64,000 nt of DNA from Cyanobacteria bacterium P01_A01_bin.123 (GCA_039815185.1 JBCBZT010000019.1:32001-96000); one strand, 5' to 3'. Positions 21,856 through 33,730 are shown, counted from the first letter of the stretch. Notes: generated by a model from the letters alone, not told the origin. A program made the numbers and translations.

Positions 21856-21919
21856 AGAAACCGGGTTTCTCTTGTTAGCCCCAATGCCCGGGGCTAGCAG
21901 ACAAAGAAACCCGGTTTCT
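21856..21919. repeat. paired AGAAACC(G/C)GGTTTCT palindromes
   Basis: AGAAACCGGGTTTCT (21856-21870) and its reverse complement (21905-21919) flank an inner hairpin, between convergent genes. Confidence 0.8.
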
Positions 21920-21947
21920 AGACTCGGCTTAAACGCTCAAACCACAC

Positions 21948-23033
<1,086 letters not shown>

Positions 23034-23385
23034 TCACGCATCTGAACGATGCAGTTGTATAGCTTTAGCTCCGTCACTTGGGCCATCGAATCAGGCTAAG
23101 CCGCTTTACTCAAGCGGTATTAAAACGGTTGCTATGAACTCAACTCGATCAAATGCGCTGACTCTAATATTTAGCGGGAAACCCTTGTGGATCATGGGGA
23201 TCTCCCGTTTTCTTTCAGACTTTGTGTTGAGAACTATTTACAAAACAGGAGCGGCATTGTGCCAACCGCTACCAAAAGTGGCACAACTTTTCTATCGGAT
23301 ACCGCCTGCAGTTGATTACTATACAGTCATCGGTGAGGGAACTCTAAGCCGACATTACGATCGAATTCTAAGTGGAAACGCAACG

Positions 23386-23811
23386 ATGAAACGCTTCAAA
23401 TCTTGGTTACTCATACCCACAACAGCAGCTGCGCTGTTGGTTTCTGCTGGTCAAGCCCTCAGCCAACCCACCGTTAGCACCCCTCTTTCTAGCCCCGTCA
23501 CGGTTGAAGGCCTCTCTGGTGGCAGTAACGCCACTAGCTGTGGCTATGTTTCAGGCACCGCCAATCAGGTCATTCAAGTCAATCAAGACTTTGCCTCCCT
23601 GGACATTGAAGTGACCGCAGTAGATGGTAACGGGAATCCCGTTAGCAGCTTGACACTGATGATTGATGGGCCTGGCTTTAGCGAATGCCTGCAAACCGAC
23701 TCAGGTTCTATTCAAGCCCCTGGTTTACTTGATCGAGGCGCTTACAACATCTACGTGGGCGATAGCAGTGGCAGTCAATATAACTACACGTTGACCATCA
23801 GCCAAAATTAA
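23386..23811 (+). CDS. secreted hypothetical protein
   Basis: Signal peptide MKRFKSWLL...ALS; two Cys; GAYNIYVGD...YTLTISQ beta-rich C-terminus. Confidence 0.8.
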   Translation: MKRFKSWLLIPTTAAALLVSAGQALSQPTVSTPLSSPVTVEGLSGGSNATSCGYVSGTANQVIQVNQDFASLDIEVTAVDGNGNPVSSLTLMIDGPGFSECLQTDSGSIQAPGLLDRGAYNIYVGDSSGSQYNYTLTISQN

Positions 23812-23865
23812 TTCATTGAGTGGAGACACGAGGTGAATAAAACGTGGATAAGACACAGAGAGCCA

Positions 23866-24525
23866 CTATTGCTGTAGGGTGCGCTGTTGTTCCAGGTAGT
23901 CGAAGACACTCTTATCACCAATGTCTGGCGGAATCGGCTGCACTAATTTGCGGCCGGCAAAAATCAGAAAGAGGATAGTCCAGGCAGCCAGTAACCCCTG
24001 CTCTAAGTTCAGGGGTAAAACGCTACCTAGATGCCCCAAAAGCAGCAGCGGCACGATCGGTGTCAACAGTTTGGTTTCAAACCGATTGAAGCAAAAGGCT
24101 TCTTTGAAGAAGATGCCCGTTAGGGCTGCGAAGGAAAAGCCAATCCCCAAGAGGGTTAGGGGATGTTGGTATACCGCTAAGATCAAGGGTTGGGGGTAGG
24201 CGATCGCGATCGCCACTGAAGCTACCCCACCAATGGCCCAAAAAATCTGTAGAGCTAGGTGTAAGGGGCGCAGATAGATATGAATCATCATCAAGGCCAC
24301 CCCTAAGGCCAGCCAAAAGCCACCGTAGAAGGCTGTTATTCCATGCAGAATAAGATTGCTGGGGTGGAGCTGGCTTAGTGCCAGGGTACTGCCACTGGCA
24401 AAGCATAGGGCCGCGATCGCGAGGGCAATGCGATACAGTTTGACACCCTGACGATCGGCATCAGTGATGGTAAACGTCCCAAACTGACCTTGGTAAACTT
24501 CGCCACCGACAGAATCGGAAATCAT
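23866..24525 (-). CDS. DUF2301-like integral membrane protein
   Basis: YQGQFGTFTIT, IHIYL, FKEAFCF, DIGDKSVF. Confidence 0.85.
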   Translation of the reverse strand: MISDSVGGEVYQGQFGTFTITDADRQGVKLYRIALAIAALCFASGSTLALSQLHPSNLILHGITAFYGGFWLALGVALMMIHIYLRPLHLALQIFWAIGGVASVAIAIAYPQPLILAVYQHPLTLLGIGFSFAALTGIFFKEAFCFNRFETKLLTPIVPLLLLGHLGSVLPLNLEQGLLAAWTILFLIFAGRKLVQPIPPDIGDKSVFDYLEQQRTLQQ

Positions 24526-24540
24526 GATGTTAGCCCCAAA

Positions 24541-26748
24541 CTAATCCGTTAATGCCAGTTTATCGGGTAAATCAAAGCTAAAACAGGTTTGTCCATTGCC
24601 ACTAGACACCTGAATTTCACTTTTGAGGTGAACCAGTAACCGCTGCACCAGCGCTAACCCTAGCCCGGTTCCACCCTGCTTCCAAGGATCCGCGCTCGGC
24701 ACCCGGTAAAACTTATCAAAAATTCGCGGCAATTCTGACTCTGGAATTTCGACCCCTGTATTACAAATCCTAAACCGTACGTGGTCGTGATCTTGGGGCA
24801 AAACTTCGAGGGTGATACGGCCACCAGGAGGGGTGTACTTGCAAGCGTTATTGAGCAATTCTGCAATCACTCGCTCTAAGCTAGCCATGTCTGAAACAAC
24901 TTTGGATGCTGCCGCTGAAACGACCAAATTGAGGTCTTGTTCACGGGTTTTGGCCCGCGCATGGAAGCCATTGACGATGCTAGAGAGCCAGTCTTGCAGG
25001 ATCAACTCTGTCGGGTGAATGGGGTGACTGCCACCGTCGAGTCGCTGTAAGTCGAGTAAATCATTGATTAGGCTAATTTCGCGTTCGCACTCTTCCTGCA
25101 AGATTTTGTAGTAACGCACAGTGCGGTGCTGTTCACTTTTGGGTTTCGCCAGTTCAGTCTCGAGGTCGTATTCTTGTCCCAGGGTGACCCCGAGCAGTTG
25201 TAGAGCCACGCGCATACTGGTGACAGGCGTGCGCAATTCGTGGGAGACGGTGCTGAGAAAATCGTCTTTGAGGTTGTTCAACCTTTCTAACTCTTCGACT
25301 TGAGACTGGGCAGCTTGGTAGAGACGTGCTTGGCGAATGGCGATCGCGCACTGATTAGCCACCTGCTGTACTAGGCGAATATCGAGTTCTTTAAAGCCGT
25401 AATCTTTATCGTTGATCAGCCATAGGTCACCCAATACGCCCCGATCGTCCAAAATTGGGCAAGCTAGCATCGCAACATGGCCCCTCAACGGGTGAGGCAC
25501 CACAGAGCAGAACTGAAAATACTGCCCCTCTAACAGTTGATGGTAGACCTCTGGGAACGCCTCCATTTGGGATACCCGACCTTGGGCAGGGGGCATGGAG
25601 GCCGTGTATTCGTAGTAAATGGTCGAGGTGCCTTGATCTAGGTCATACAGAGCTGTGTTGGAGCCTTTCACCCCCAACCCTAGGGTTAATTCACGCACAG
25701 CAGTTTGCAAAATTTGCTTTTCATCCAGGTTGTCGCGTACCCGGTCGGTAATCCGCTTCAGAGTGGCTTCAAAATCCAGCGCCATTTGCAACTGGGTGGT
25801 GCGTTGCTGTACCTCTGCTTCTAGGGCCGTATTAAGCTGCTGGACTTGCTGGTAAAGTTGACTTTGCTGAATGGCATTGCCGACCTGTACCCCCAGTTCT
25901 CGCAGGGTGTCTATTTCCCAGTTGAGCCATTGGCGGTCAAACCGTTCCTGTTGGGCAAGCAAAACACCCCAGAAGATTTCCCCTTGAAATACGGGAATTA
26001 GCAGGGTGGTTTGGACGGTTGGGGGACGTAGGGCAGACCAATGATCGAGGGGTAGCGGTTGATCACCGTCAATTACGACGGCTTGCCCTTGGCGCAGGGC
26101 AGGCAATTGCTCGGGCAAGGTAGCTAGATGTAACTCGATCTCCGGTGGTAGGGAGAGTTGCGGATCGGTGTCGATTGCTAGAATGCCGACACGCTCAGAA
26201 TCGAAGCTGTAAAATAAAACCCGATCGGCTTTCAGGAACTGCCGTCCCTCCCGCACCATAGCCTGGGTTAAATGCTCAAATTTGGGTAATTGCAGAATAT
26301 GCTGGGCGATCGCCCCCAAGAGTCGCTCCCGTTCGGCCTGCTGCTTTAGTGCCGTTTCGGCCTGCTTATAGGAAGTCACGTCCTGAATGGTACCGACCAC
26401 AATCGGTAGCCCAGCAGCATCATAAATCAACGATCTTTTAGTTGAAACGATATGAGCTTGCCCTTGAGCATCAGAGAGCACTTCTTCTTCGACTACGGTT
26501 TCACCAGTGGTCAGCAAGCGATCGTCACTTTGCCAAAACTGCATTGCCTCCGCCGACGGAAAAATATCAAAGTCGGTTTTGCCGAGCAAATCCTCGCGAT
26601 CGCGCCCCAAAAACTCACAGCAGGCATCATTAACAATAATCCAACGGTGCTGCTCATCTTTAGCAAATACCGGGTCAGACAGCGTATCGAGCACGATTTT
26701 CAAAAATGCTTGGGAGGTTTCTAGCTCAGTAGCATCGATTGCACTCAT
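24541..26748 (-). CDS. sensor histidine kinase (PAS-GAF-GAF-HisKA-HATPase)
   Basis: PAS VFAKDEQHRW, H-box VSHELRTP, NACKYT, GGTGLGL; start MSAID uncertain. Confidence 0.93.
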   Translation of the reverse strand: MSAIDATELETSQAFLKIVLDTLSDPVFAKDEQHRWIIVNDACCEFLGRDREDLLGKTDFDIFPSAEAMQFWQSDDRLLTTGETVVEEEVLSDAQGQAHIVSTKRSLIYDAAGLPIVVGTIQDVTSYKQAETALKQQAERERLLGAIAQHILQLPKFEHLTQAMVREGRQFLKADRVLFYSFDSERVGILAIDTDPQLSLPPEIELHLATLPEQLPALRQGQAVVIDGDQPLPLDHWSALRPPTVQTTLLIPVFQGEIFWGVLLAQQERFDRQWLNWEIDTLRELGVQVGNAIQQSQLYQQVQQLNTALEAEVQQRTTQLQMALDFEATLKRITDRVRDNLDEKQILQTAVRELTLGLGVKGSNTALYDLDQGTSTIYYEYTASMPPAQGRVSQMEAFPEVYHQLLEGQYFQFCSVVPHPLRGHVAMLACPILDDRGVLGDLWLINDKDYGFKELDIRLVQQVANQCAIAIRQARLYQAAQSQVEELERLNNLKDDFLSTVSHELRTPVTSMRVALQLLGVTLGQEYDLETELAKPKSEQHRTVRYYKILQEECEREISLINDLLDLQRLDGGSHPIHPTELILQDWLSSIVNGFHARAKTREQDLNLVVSAAASKVVSDMASLERVIAELLNNACKYTPPGGRITLEVLPQDHDHVRFRICNTGVEIPESELPRIFDKFYRVPSADPWKQGGTGLGLALVQRLLVHLKSEIQVSSGNGQTCFSFDLPDKLALTD

Positions 26749-26930
26749 AGGGATGGACTCCAGGCTGATAACAGAGATGCAAAAGGAACCGCATGAGTCG
26801 AAGCAGGCAGCTATACCAACCCCAACTCTTTCACTATGCCCTGGTTTACGCAAAAACACTCACGGTTTGTTGAAAATCCCTAGTTCTAGAATTTTGGAGT
26901 CCCTAAAAACCAGGAGAAAAGCTCAGTGCA

Positions 26931-27809
26931 TTAGGTATCATCCCAAACTTGGAGTTGCACATAAACTAGCAATAACGCAATTAACATGAGTACCGTTGCT
27001 GCCGCTGCCGCATAGCCAAAATCAAATTGGGAAAAGGCTTGCTCATAGATGTAATAAACCAACACATTGGTGGAATTGAGCGGGCCACCCCCTGTAATCA
27101 CGTACACTTGCTCAAAACTGCGGAGGGTAAAAATAGCCGTCGTCACCGTGGCAAATACTAGCGTCGGTTGTAACCCTGGCAACGTAATGTACCAGAACTT
27201 TTGCCAGGGGCCAGCCCCATCCAGTTCGGCAGCTTCATAGCGCGAGACGGGGATCGTTTGTAGCCCGGCTAGAAATACCACCATATTGAAGCCAATTTGC
27301 TTCCAAATGCTCAGCAAAATCAATACAGGCATCGCCCACACCGTGCTCGCCAACCACGGAATTGGGGCCAACCCTATCCCCATCAGCAAACCATTGACCG
27401 GGCCATCTCCCTGGAACAGCCAGCGAAACCCTAATCCAACCGCAACTAAAGATGTAATCGACGGAATAAAGTATGCCGTACGCAATACCCCCCGTAGCCC
27501 CACCACCGTGTTCAGTAAAACCGCCAATCCCAGCGGGATCAATAGGGCTGGAATGACTGTAGTGACTGTGAAATAGAGCGTATTGCCCAATACCTGCCAA
27601 AAGTCAGGATCGACCAGCAGCCGACTGTAATTTTGGAGCCCATGCCAGTGGATCCCGGCTCGGGTAAAGCTGCCTGTTGTAAAGCTGAGGAAAAACAGAT
27701 AGGCAATCGGCCAAGCTACAAAGATGGCCAGCAAAAGCAACGCCGGAGCCAATAATGTCCAAGCCGCGATCGCATCATTATCTAGCCAATCAAACCGCCG
27801 AGATGTCAT
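26931..27809 (-). CDS. carbohydrate ABC transporter permease
   Basis: EAA loop YEAAELDGA, six TM helices, TGGGP. Confidence 0.92.
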   Translation of the reverse strand: MTSRRFDWLDNDAIAAWTLLAPALLLLAIFVAWPIAYLFFLSFTTGSFTRAGIHWHGLQNYSRLLVDPDFWQVLGNTLYFTVTTVIPALLIPLGLAVLLNTVVGLRGVLRTAYFIPSITSLVAVGLGFRWLFQGDGPVNGLLMGIGLAPIPWLASTVWAMPVLILLSIWKQIGFNMVVFLAGLQTIPVSRYEAAELDGAGPWQKFWYITLPGLQPTLVFATVTTAIFTLRSFEQVYVITGGGPLNSTNVLVYYIYEQAFSQFDFGYAAAAATVLMLIALLLVYVQLQVWDDT

Positions 27810-27860
27810 AGTCACTATTCTATAATCAACCCTGATCCATCCCCTTAAGACCATCGCACC

Positions 27861-28508
27861 ATGCCCCATGACTCTCTGCCGCCAGATGCCGCCAGGTTAA
27901 TTTGCCCTGCCACGGATCCGCCAAGGCTAACCGATCCGCCAATTCGGCTGGGTATAATGGCCTCTGGCAATGGCAGCAACATGGAAGCGATCGCCCAGGC
28001 AATTACGCAGGGCAAGCTCAATGCCGAAATTGCTGGGGTAGTTTACAACAAGCCGACTGCCAAAGTAGCTGAGCGTGCTAAAGCGCGCCAAATTCCAGCG
28101 ACCCTCCTCGATCACCGCACCTTCGACAGCCGTGAATCCTTAGACAAAGCTATTATTCAAACCCTGCAAGCACAAAGCGTTGACTGGGTGATCATGGCAG
28201 GGTGGATGCGACGAGTGACTCGGGTCTTAATTGATGCTTTTCCCCAACGTATTTTAAATATTCATCCCAGCCTCTTGCCCAGCTTCCCTGGTATACGGGC
28301 AATTGAACAAGCTCTCAACGCAGGCGTTAAACTTGCGGGTTGTACTGTTCACTATGTAGAGCTCGCCGTCGATAGCGGCCCAATCATTATGCAGGCGGCT
28401 GTTCCTGTTTTGCCAGATGATACGGTTGAATCCTTACAGGCCCGGATTCAGGTGCAAGAGCATTTAATTTATCCGGCAGCGATCGCTTGGGCAGCGAGGC
28501 GGCGATGA
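27861..28508 (+). CDS. purN: phosphoribosylglycinamide formyltransferase
   Basis: ASGNGSN, NIHPSLLP, GCTVHYV, DSGPII. Confidence 0.97.
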   Translation: MPHDSLPPDAARLICPATDPPRLTDPPIRLGIMASGNGSNMEAIAQAITQGKLNAEIAGVVYNKPTAKVAERAKARQIPATLLDHRTFDSRESLDKAIIQTLQAQSVDWVIMAGWMRRVTRVLIDAFPQRILNIHPSLLPSFPGIRAIEQALNAGVKLAGCTVHYVELAVDSGPIIMQAAVPVLPDDTVESLQARIQVQEHLIYPAAIAWAARRR

Positions 28509-28576
28509 TGGATGAAGGGGGCAAGGGTAGCAGAGGTTGAGTGGTTGTCCCGAGTAGGCTTAAACAGACAGACAGC

Positions 28577-29197
28577 TTACTCAGTCTCAGGTACTCCACC
28601 TTCACCAATGTCCTGCTGGTTAAGCCTTTCCAACTGACCTTCTAGTTCCTCTGATCGTGCTTCAGCAGTGGTTTGTTCCGCCTCAATTTGAGCCAAGACA
28701 TCGACCTCTAAAGTTTCGGCCACAGCTTCAGCTTGGGCTGCCGTGGCTTCAAGCTGCCGCTGATTATCCGGATCGGCTTGCTGAGCCGCCAGTTGACGGG
28801 ACTGCTCAGAGACTTCAGCCAGTTGCTGTCTTAATTGCTCAATTTCTTGTCGTGCGGTTTCTAGCGCGTCTACTGTGCTTTTGTTTTGAGCTTGGGCATT
28901 GGTCAAATCACCACGTAATGTATCAATCGTGGCATTCAGGTCTCGACGGGCTTTGAGGGTTTCAATTTGCTGTTCAAGTTCCTCAGCGGTGAGGCTGGGT
29001 AGCGCGACTTCTTGGAAGTAAAACCAAATTAAGGGAATGGCGACAAGACCTGCCGCGATCGCCTGAATGAACTGGGGCCGACGGTACCACGGCGCATTGA
29101 GACGCTCCTCAATTTCTCGCTTTTCAGCGATCGCCTTAGCAATTTCAGCCTTGAGCTTAGTGAGTTCAAGCTGATTTAATTCTTCCTGATGTGTCAT
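28577..29197 (-). CDS. single-TM coiled-coil hypothetical protein
   Basis: One hydrophobic helix followed by a long Q/E/A heptad region. Confidence 0.75.
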   Translation of the reverse strand: MTHQEELNQLELTKLKAEIAKAIAEKREIEERLNAPWYRRPQFIQAIAAGLVAIPLIWFYFQEVALPSLTAEELEQQIETLKARRDLNATIDTLRGDLTNAQAQNKSTVDALETARQEIEQLRQQLAEVSEQSRQLAAQQADPDNQRQLEATAAQAEAVAETLEVDVLAQIEAEQTTAEARSEELEGQLERLNQQDIGEGGVPETE

Positions 29198-29280
29198 GGA
29201 TGTATCGCGGTAGTCCAGCCTTTTGCCCCATCTTGCCGCTTGACTCGAATGGTGACATTACCCGCAGGGAGAAAGATCTC

Positions 29281-29880
29281 CTAAACTCGTGCCAAAGTCA
29301 CCGCTTCTGGCTGATCTTGGTATTTGCCCCGTCGGGTTTCGTAGCTGACCTCACAAGTCTCGCCTTCAAAGAACAAGAGCTGCACCACCCCTTCATTGGC
29401 ATAAATGCGACAGTCTGCACTAGAAGAGTTAGAAAACTCTAGGGTCAAATGCCCCCGCCAGCCCGCTTCAGCAGGCGTCAAGTTGGCGATAATGCCACAG
29501 CGGGCATAGGTCGATTTACCAATACAAATTACGCTGATGTTGTCTGGCACCTGGATGCGTTCTAGGGCAACGCCTAGACCATAGGAATGGGCAGGCAAGA
29601 TAAAATAGCTGCCACTTTCATCAGTACGGAGACTGGTCGGTTCCAGATTGTCAGGGCTGAAGTTTTTAGGATCAACCACGGTGCCTGGAATATGGCGAAA
29701 AATACGAAACTCTGCCGGAGACAGACGGATGTCGTAACCGTAAGACGACAGACCGTAGCTAATCACCGGACGCGGGCTACCAAACCCTTCAAGCTGAACC
29801 TGGCGCACAAGTTTGGGCTCAAACGGATGAATCAGCCCCGCGTCAGCCATTTCATTAATCCAAGCATCGTTTTTAATCAT
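29281..29880 (-). CDS. dcd: dCTP deaminase
   Basis: SYGLSSYGYD, GKSTYARCG, TPAEAGW. Confidence 0.96.
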   Translation of the reverse strand: MIKNDAWINEMADAGLIHPFEPKLVRQVQLEGFGSPRPVISYGLSSYGYDIRLSPAEFRIFRHIPGTVVDPKNFSPDNLEPTSLRTDESGSYFILPAHSYGLGVALERIQVPDNISVICIGKSTYARCGIIANLTPAEAGWRGHLTLEFSNSSSADCRIYANEGVVQLLFFEGETCEVSYETRRGKYQDQPEAVTLARV

Positions 29881-29960
29881 GGCAAGGTCTTAAAAATCAC
29901 TAAAAAGGTCAAATCAATCACTGGCATCAAAACGCCTAAACTGGCCATCCCAACAAACGG

Positions 29961-30521
29961 CTAGGGCAGCAAACTGCGACGCACCTCGGTCACTTGGTCA
30001 GCCATGTTCAAAAGCATTTCAGGCATGGATGGGCCGGTCAGAATCACGTCTACCCGCGAGGGGCGATCGCGCAAAAAAGCCAGCACCTCTGCCTCAGGGA
30101 TCAAGCCGTAGGCGATCGCCAAGCTGAGTTCATCCAATACCACCAGGGCGTGATGCCCCTGCATCACCACCTCTTGGGTATGGTGCCAAAGATCTTGCAG
30201 GGCGGCCTTTTCATCCTCATTTGCGTTGCCGTCCAGCAGACAACGGGGAATACCACAGCGCAGCCAGTTGAGATTTTGTCCGAACTGCATTGGGCTATCA
30301 CTACCTTGATCAATGCCGCCTTTCAGAAACTGCACCACTAGGACAGGGGCTCCTTGACCGGCCGTACGCAACGCCTGCACCATCACATTTGTAAAAAAAG
30401 TGCGATGGGCAGATGTAAACACCTGCAGCGTCCCTTCGATAGCGTACAGAGCAGGACGATCGTGTCGGGGAGACTTTCGCAGAATGGACGTGGGCTGAGA
30501 TGGCCGAAGCTGGGAAACCAT
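29961..30521 (-). CDS. CobO/BtuR-like (cob(I)alamin adenosyltransferase fold) protein lacking the canonical P-loop
   Basis: VVQFLKG, VVLDEL, VILTG, ADQVTE motifs; no GxGKGK. Confidence 0.8.
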   Translation of the reverse strand: MVSQLRPSQPTSILRKSPRHDRPALYAIEGTLQVFTSAHRTFFTNVMVQALRTAGQGAPVLVVQFLKGGIDQGSDSPMQFGQNLNWLRCGIPRCLLDGNANEDEKAALQDLWHHTQEVVMQGHHALVVLDELSLAIAYGLIPEAEVLAFLRDRPSRVDVILTGPSMPEMLLNMADQVTEVRRSLLP

Positions 30522-30692
30522 AGAAGGGGGACTAACTAAACCTGTCGATGGCTAAATATAGCGCAAGTTCCGATTCTCGAACGGGATATTACGCTAGGTG
30601 TAGATAAAATATTTAAGGATTTTTACGGTAGACCATCCCTTGGCCTAAGATCTGTGGATTGCCACCCAAAGCCTACCTCAAGCGCTCAAAAA

Positions 30693-30763
30693 TAAACCTC
30701 GTCCACATCCAGATCCGTAGTTTTCCTTAAGCTAAAACTCAAATTTTCAAAACGGATGGGGTT
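30693..30763 (+). repeat. family A ~70-bp dispersed repeat (reference copy)
   Basis: TAAACCTCGTCCACATCCAGATCCGTAGTTTTCCTTAAGCTAAAACTCAAATTTTCAAAACGGATGGGGTT. Confidence 0.85.
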
Positions 30764-30908
30764 GAAGCGTCATCGTTTTGACACTTTATAGGACAATCGT
30801 ATCAATTTATTACCAGATAAATAAAGGCCAATTTTCCAGCCCGCCAACCTCCCGTAGCAAGTCACCAACCCTGCTGTATCCTAATTGGGGTTCATCAAGG
30901 AGAATCCT

Positions 30909-31625
30909 ATGGCTTGGCAACGTCCTGATGGTCGTCAACCCAATCAACTCCGTCCGATTAAGTTTGAACGGCGCTTTACTCGGTTCACGGCTGGCTCTGT
31001 ACTCGCCCAATGCGGTGAGACCCAGGTTTTGTGCACAGTGTCGGTGGAATCGGGGGTACCCCGTTTTTTAGAAAATTCAGGGCAGGGTTGGCTGACAGCA
31101 GAATATCGGATGTTGCCCGGTGCCACCCCCCAGCGCAATAAGCGCGAACTGCTCAAACTCTCAGGCCGCACCCAAGAAATTCAACGATTGATCGGTCGCA
31201 GCTTGCGAGCTGCATTAGACCTAAAAGCGTTGGGAGACTTCACGCTGTTAGTCGATTGCGATGTCCTGCAAGCTGATGGCGGGACCCGCACCACATCAAT
31301 CTCGGGTGCTTATGTAGCACTTCAAGACGCGATCGCGTCTTTGATCACCGATGGCAAACTCACCACTTCGCCCATCGCCCATCAAATCGCCGCCATTTCT
31401 GTAGGTCTGCTTGACGGCGAAGCCCTGCTCGATTTGAACTATCCCGAAGATGTCGCTGTCGATGTGGACTTGAATGTCGTGCTCAACGACCAGCTAGAGA
31501 TGATTGAAGTGCAAGGTACGGCAGAAGCAGGCAGTTTTAGCCGCTCCCAACTCAATCAAATGTTAGAACTGGCCGAATCGGGCATCCAAACGCTAATGGC
31601 ACTGCAAACCGCAGCACTAGAGTAG
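30909..31625 (+). CDS. rph: ribonuclease PH
   Basis: [41 protein letters not shown]. Confidence 0.98.
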   Translation: MAWQRPDGRQPNQLRPIKFERRFTRFTAGSVLAQCGETQVLCTVSVESGVPRFLENSGQGWLTAEYRMLPGATPQRNKRELLKLSGRTQEIQRLIGRSLRAALDLKALGDFTLLVDCDVLQADGGTRTTSISGAYVALQDAIASLITDGKLTTSPIAHQIAAISVGLLDGEALLDLNYPEDVAVDVDLNVVLNDQLEMIEVQGTAEAGSFSRSQLNQMLELAESGIQTLMALQTAALE

Positions 31626-31662
31626 TTGGGGGAACCAACGGTTCAGAGACATGGATACAGAT

Positions 31663-33558
31663 CTAACGCCCTAATTTTTCCCGCATTTGCTGACGTAAAC
31701 TCAAGGCGTCTGCGTAATCTGGGTTCAACGTGATCGCTTGATCAACGGCGGCGATCGCCCGATCAAAGTGCTGCAAACTCCAAAGCGCAGCTCCCTTATT
31801 ATTCCAGGCTTCTGCTAAGTCAGCCTGAAGCTGAATCGCCTGATCAAATGCTTTTAGCGCTTCCTCAGGCTGCTTCAATTGCAGCAGCGTCGCCCCTCTA
31901 TTGTTCCAAGCCTCAGCGTTATCGGGCTCAAGTTCAATAGCCTGATCAAATAGCACTAGCGCCTCTGTATGACGCTGCTGTTGCTGCAGGGCAAATCCTT
32001 TACTAGAGAGGGGTCTGGGATCGTCTTGATTCAATGCGATCGCCTGGTCGCAAGCCGAAATCGCCGATTCAGCCTGCTGGAGTTGATTTAGGCTATAGCA
32101 ACGGCCCCAGTGAGCAGCAGCAGAATCTGGCTGATCCGCGATCGCCTGGTCATACATCACCAGCGCATCTTGATACTGCCCACTATCCCGCAAATCATCG
32201 GCTTGACTCAGCAGTTCTGCATCAATTGGGGGCGTCTGGGGTAAAGGGGGTGACGCCTGATCCTGCAGCTCATCGGCCTGACCGGGAGAGTCTGCATCAG
32301 TTTGGGGCGTCTGGGGTAAGGGCATGGCAACCTGATTTGCGAGTTGGGGAGATGAACAGGTTCTGACCGCAAATAGCATCATGCCCAGGCTAGCTAGCAT
32401 CCCCAACCACCACCATCGCCGCTCAGGTAATGTCTGCAGCACAGAGGAAAGCACCAGTGTCGAGCCACCGGGCTTTTGAGCATAGCTGAAATGCCCCGTT
32501 TGGTGTTGTCCCACAGCAGCTAACGTAGCTTGGCTGGGGCTGTTGGATGGCGTCAAAGACTCTCCAGATTGTGGCGATGCTTGACGCTCAATCCCCCAAG
32601 TATCTTCATTGGCTGGATCAGACCCTAGCGTCGGTTCGAGGGTTCGAGGGGAGTCTAATTGTTTAGGGCTATACCAGCGCTCGGGCATCGTCTCTCGTAA
32701 TGCTGACGGGAGTGCTTGTAAAGCTGCTAACGCTTCTGCAGCTGTCGGATATCGAGCTCGAAAGTCATAGCAGATCATGCGATCGAGCACGTCAGCCAAG
32801 GCAGCATCAACCGCAGGATTGACATTGTGCCACTCAAGTTCACTGGTGCGATGATTGTGGTTGAGGTGTCTGGGGTGAACTCCCGTCAAAGCTTGAATAC
32901 CAATCATGCCAACCGCGTACACATCGCTACTAAAGCGGGGATTTCCACCCAGTTGCTCATTCGGCATGTAGCCTTGGGTACCAATTGAAACCGTTAGATT
33001 AGTCTGACCCGTCTGAGGACTGAGGAATTGAGTATTGACTTGCTTGACCGCACCAAAGTCAATCAAAACGATGCGGCCATCTTTATGGCGGCAAAGTAAG
33101 TTGGCAGGCTTAATGTCGCGGTGAATCACATCCTTGTGATGCACAAAAGCCAATACCTGCAAAATATCTTGCAGCAGAGCAATGACCCGTCCTTGCGGCC
33201 AAGGGTCGCCATCAACTAAAACCCGATTTAGGGGTTCGCTGTCAATATATTCCTGGGCCAGGTAAAACTCTTGATTATCTTCAAAGTGGGCCATTAGGCG
33301 AGGAATTTGGTCGTGATTGCCTAAGGCATAGAGCACCTCTGCCTCTGTATCAAAGAGGCGTCGGGCTGTTTTCAAGCTAGCCGCATCACTCACTTGTGGG
33401 TCAAGTTGTTTAATCACACAGACCGGATGCCCCGGTAGATGAAGATCTTGTGCCAAAAAAGTTTGACCAAATCCCCCCTTCCCTAGCTGTTGAATCACTT
33501 GATATCGTCCACCGAGGGGGGGATTTGACGATTGTGACTTTTTTAGAAAGTTCAACAT
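31663..33558 (-). CDS. membrane Ser/Thr protein kinase with C-terminal TPRs
   Basis: LGKGGFG, HRDIKPAN, DFG, one TM helix, TPR repeats. Confidence 0.95.
   Translation of the reverse strand: MLNFLKKSQSSNPPLGGRYQVIQQLGKGGFGQTFLAQDLHLPGHPVCVIKQLDPQVSDAASLKTARRLFDTEAEVLYALGNHDQIPRLMAHFEDNQEFYLAQEYIDSEPLNRVLVDGDPWPQGRVIALLQDILQVLAFVHHKDVIHRDIKPANLLCRHKDGRIVLIDFGAVKQVNTQFLSPQTGQTNLTVSIGTQGYMPNEQLGGNPRFSSDVYAVGMIGIQALTGVHPRHLNHNHRTSELEWHNVNPAVDAALADVLDRMICYDFRARYPTAAEALAALQALPSALRETMPERWYSPKQLDSPRTLEPTLGSDPANEDTWGIERQASPQSGESLTPSNSPSQATLAAVGQHQTGHFSYAQKPGGSTLVLSSVLQTLPERRWWWLGMLASLGMMLFAVRTCSSPQLANQVAMPLPQTPQTDADSPGQADELQDQASPPLPQTPPIDAELLSQADDLRDSGQYQDALVMYDQAIADQPDSAAAHWGRCYSLNQLQQAESAISACDQAIALNQDDPRPLSSKGFALQQQQRHTEALVLFDQAIELEPDNAEAWNNRGATLLQLKQPEEALKAFDQAIQLQADLAEAWNNKGAALWSLQHFDRAIAAVDQAITLNPDYADALSLRQQMREKLGR
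32195..32322 (-). repeat. 75-bp-period internal duplication in the kinase (PLPQTP..DA....QAD.L.D)
   Basis: TCATCGG...GGCGTCTGGGGTAA units starting at 32195 and 32270. Confidence 0.8.
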
Positions 33559-33619
33559 GCCTCAACCTGCTTGGGAGAAGGACTCATGATGCCAATCAAA
33601 AACGTTTGTGCAGATGCCC

Positions 33620-33722
33620 TAAACCTCTTCCGCATACAGCTCTCTAGCTCTTCTGAGCTAAAAGCCCAAGCGTTTTTCCTGAAGCTCAAAACTCAAAATT
33701 TCAGATTCAGATGTCGTCTTTA
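33620..33722 (+). repeat. family A repeat, long form with a duplicated central module
   Basis: TAAACCTCTTCCGCATACAG...GAGCTAAAAGCCCAAG...GAAGCTCAAAACTCAAAATTTCAGATTCAGATGT. Confidence 0.6.
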
Positions 33723-33730
33723 GATGTGGT

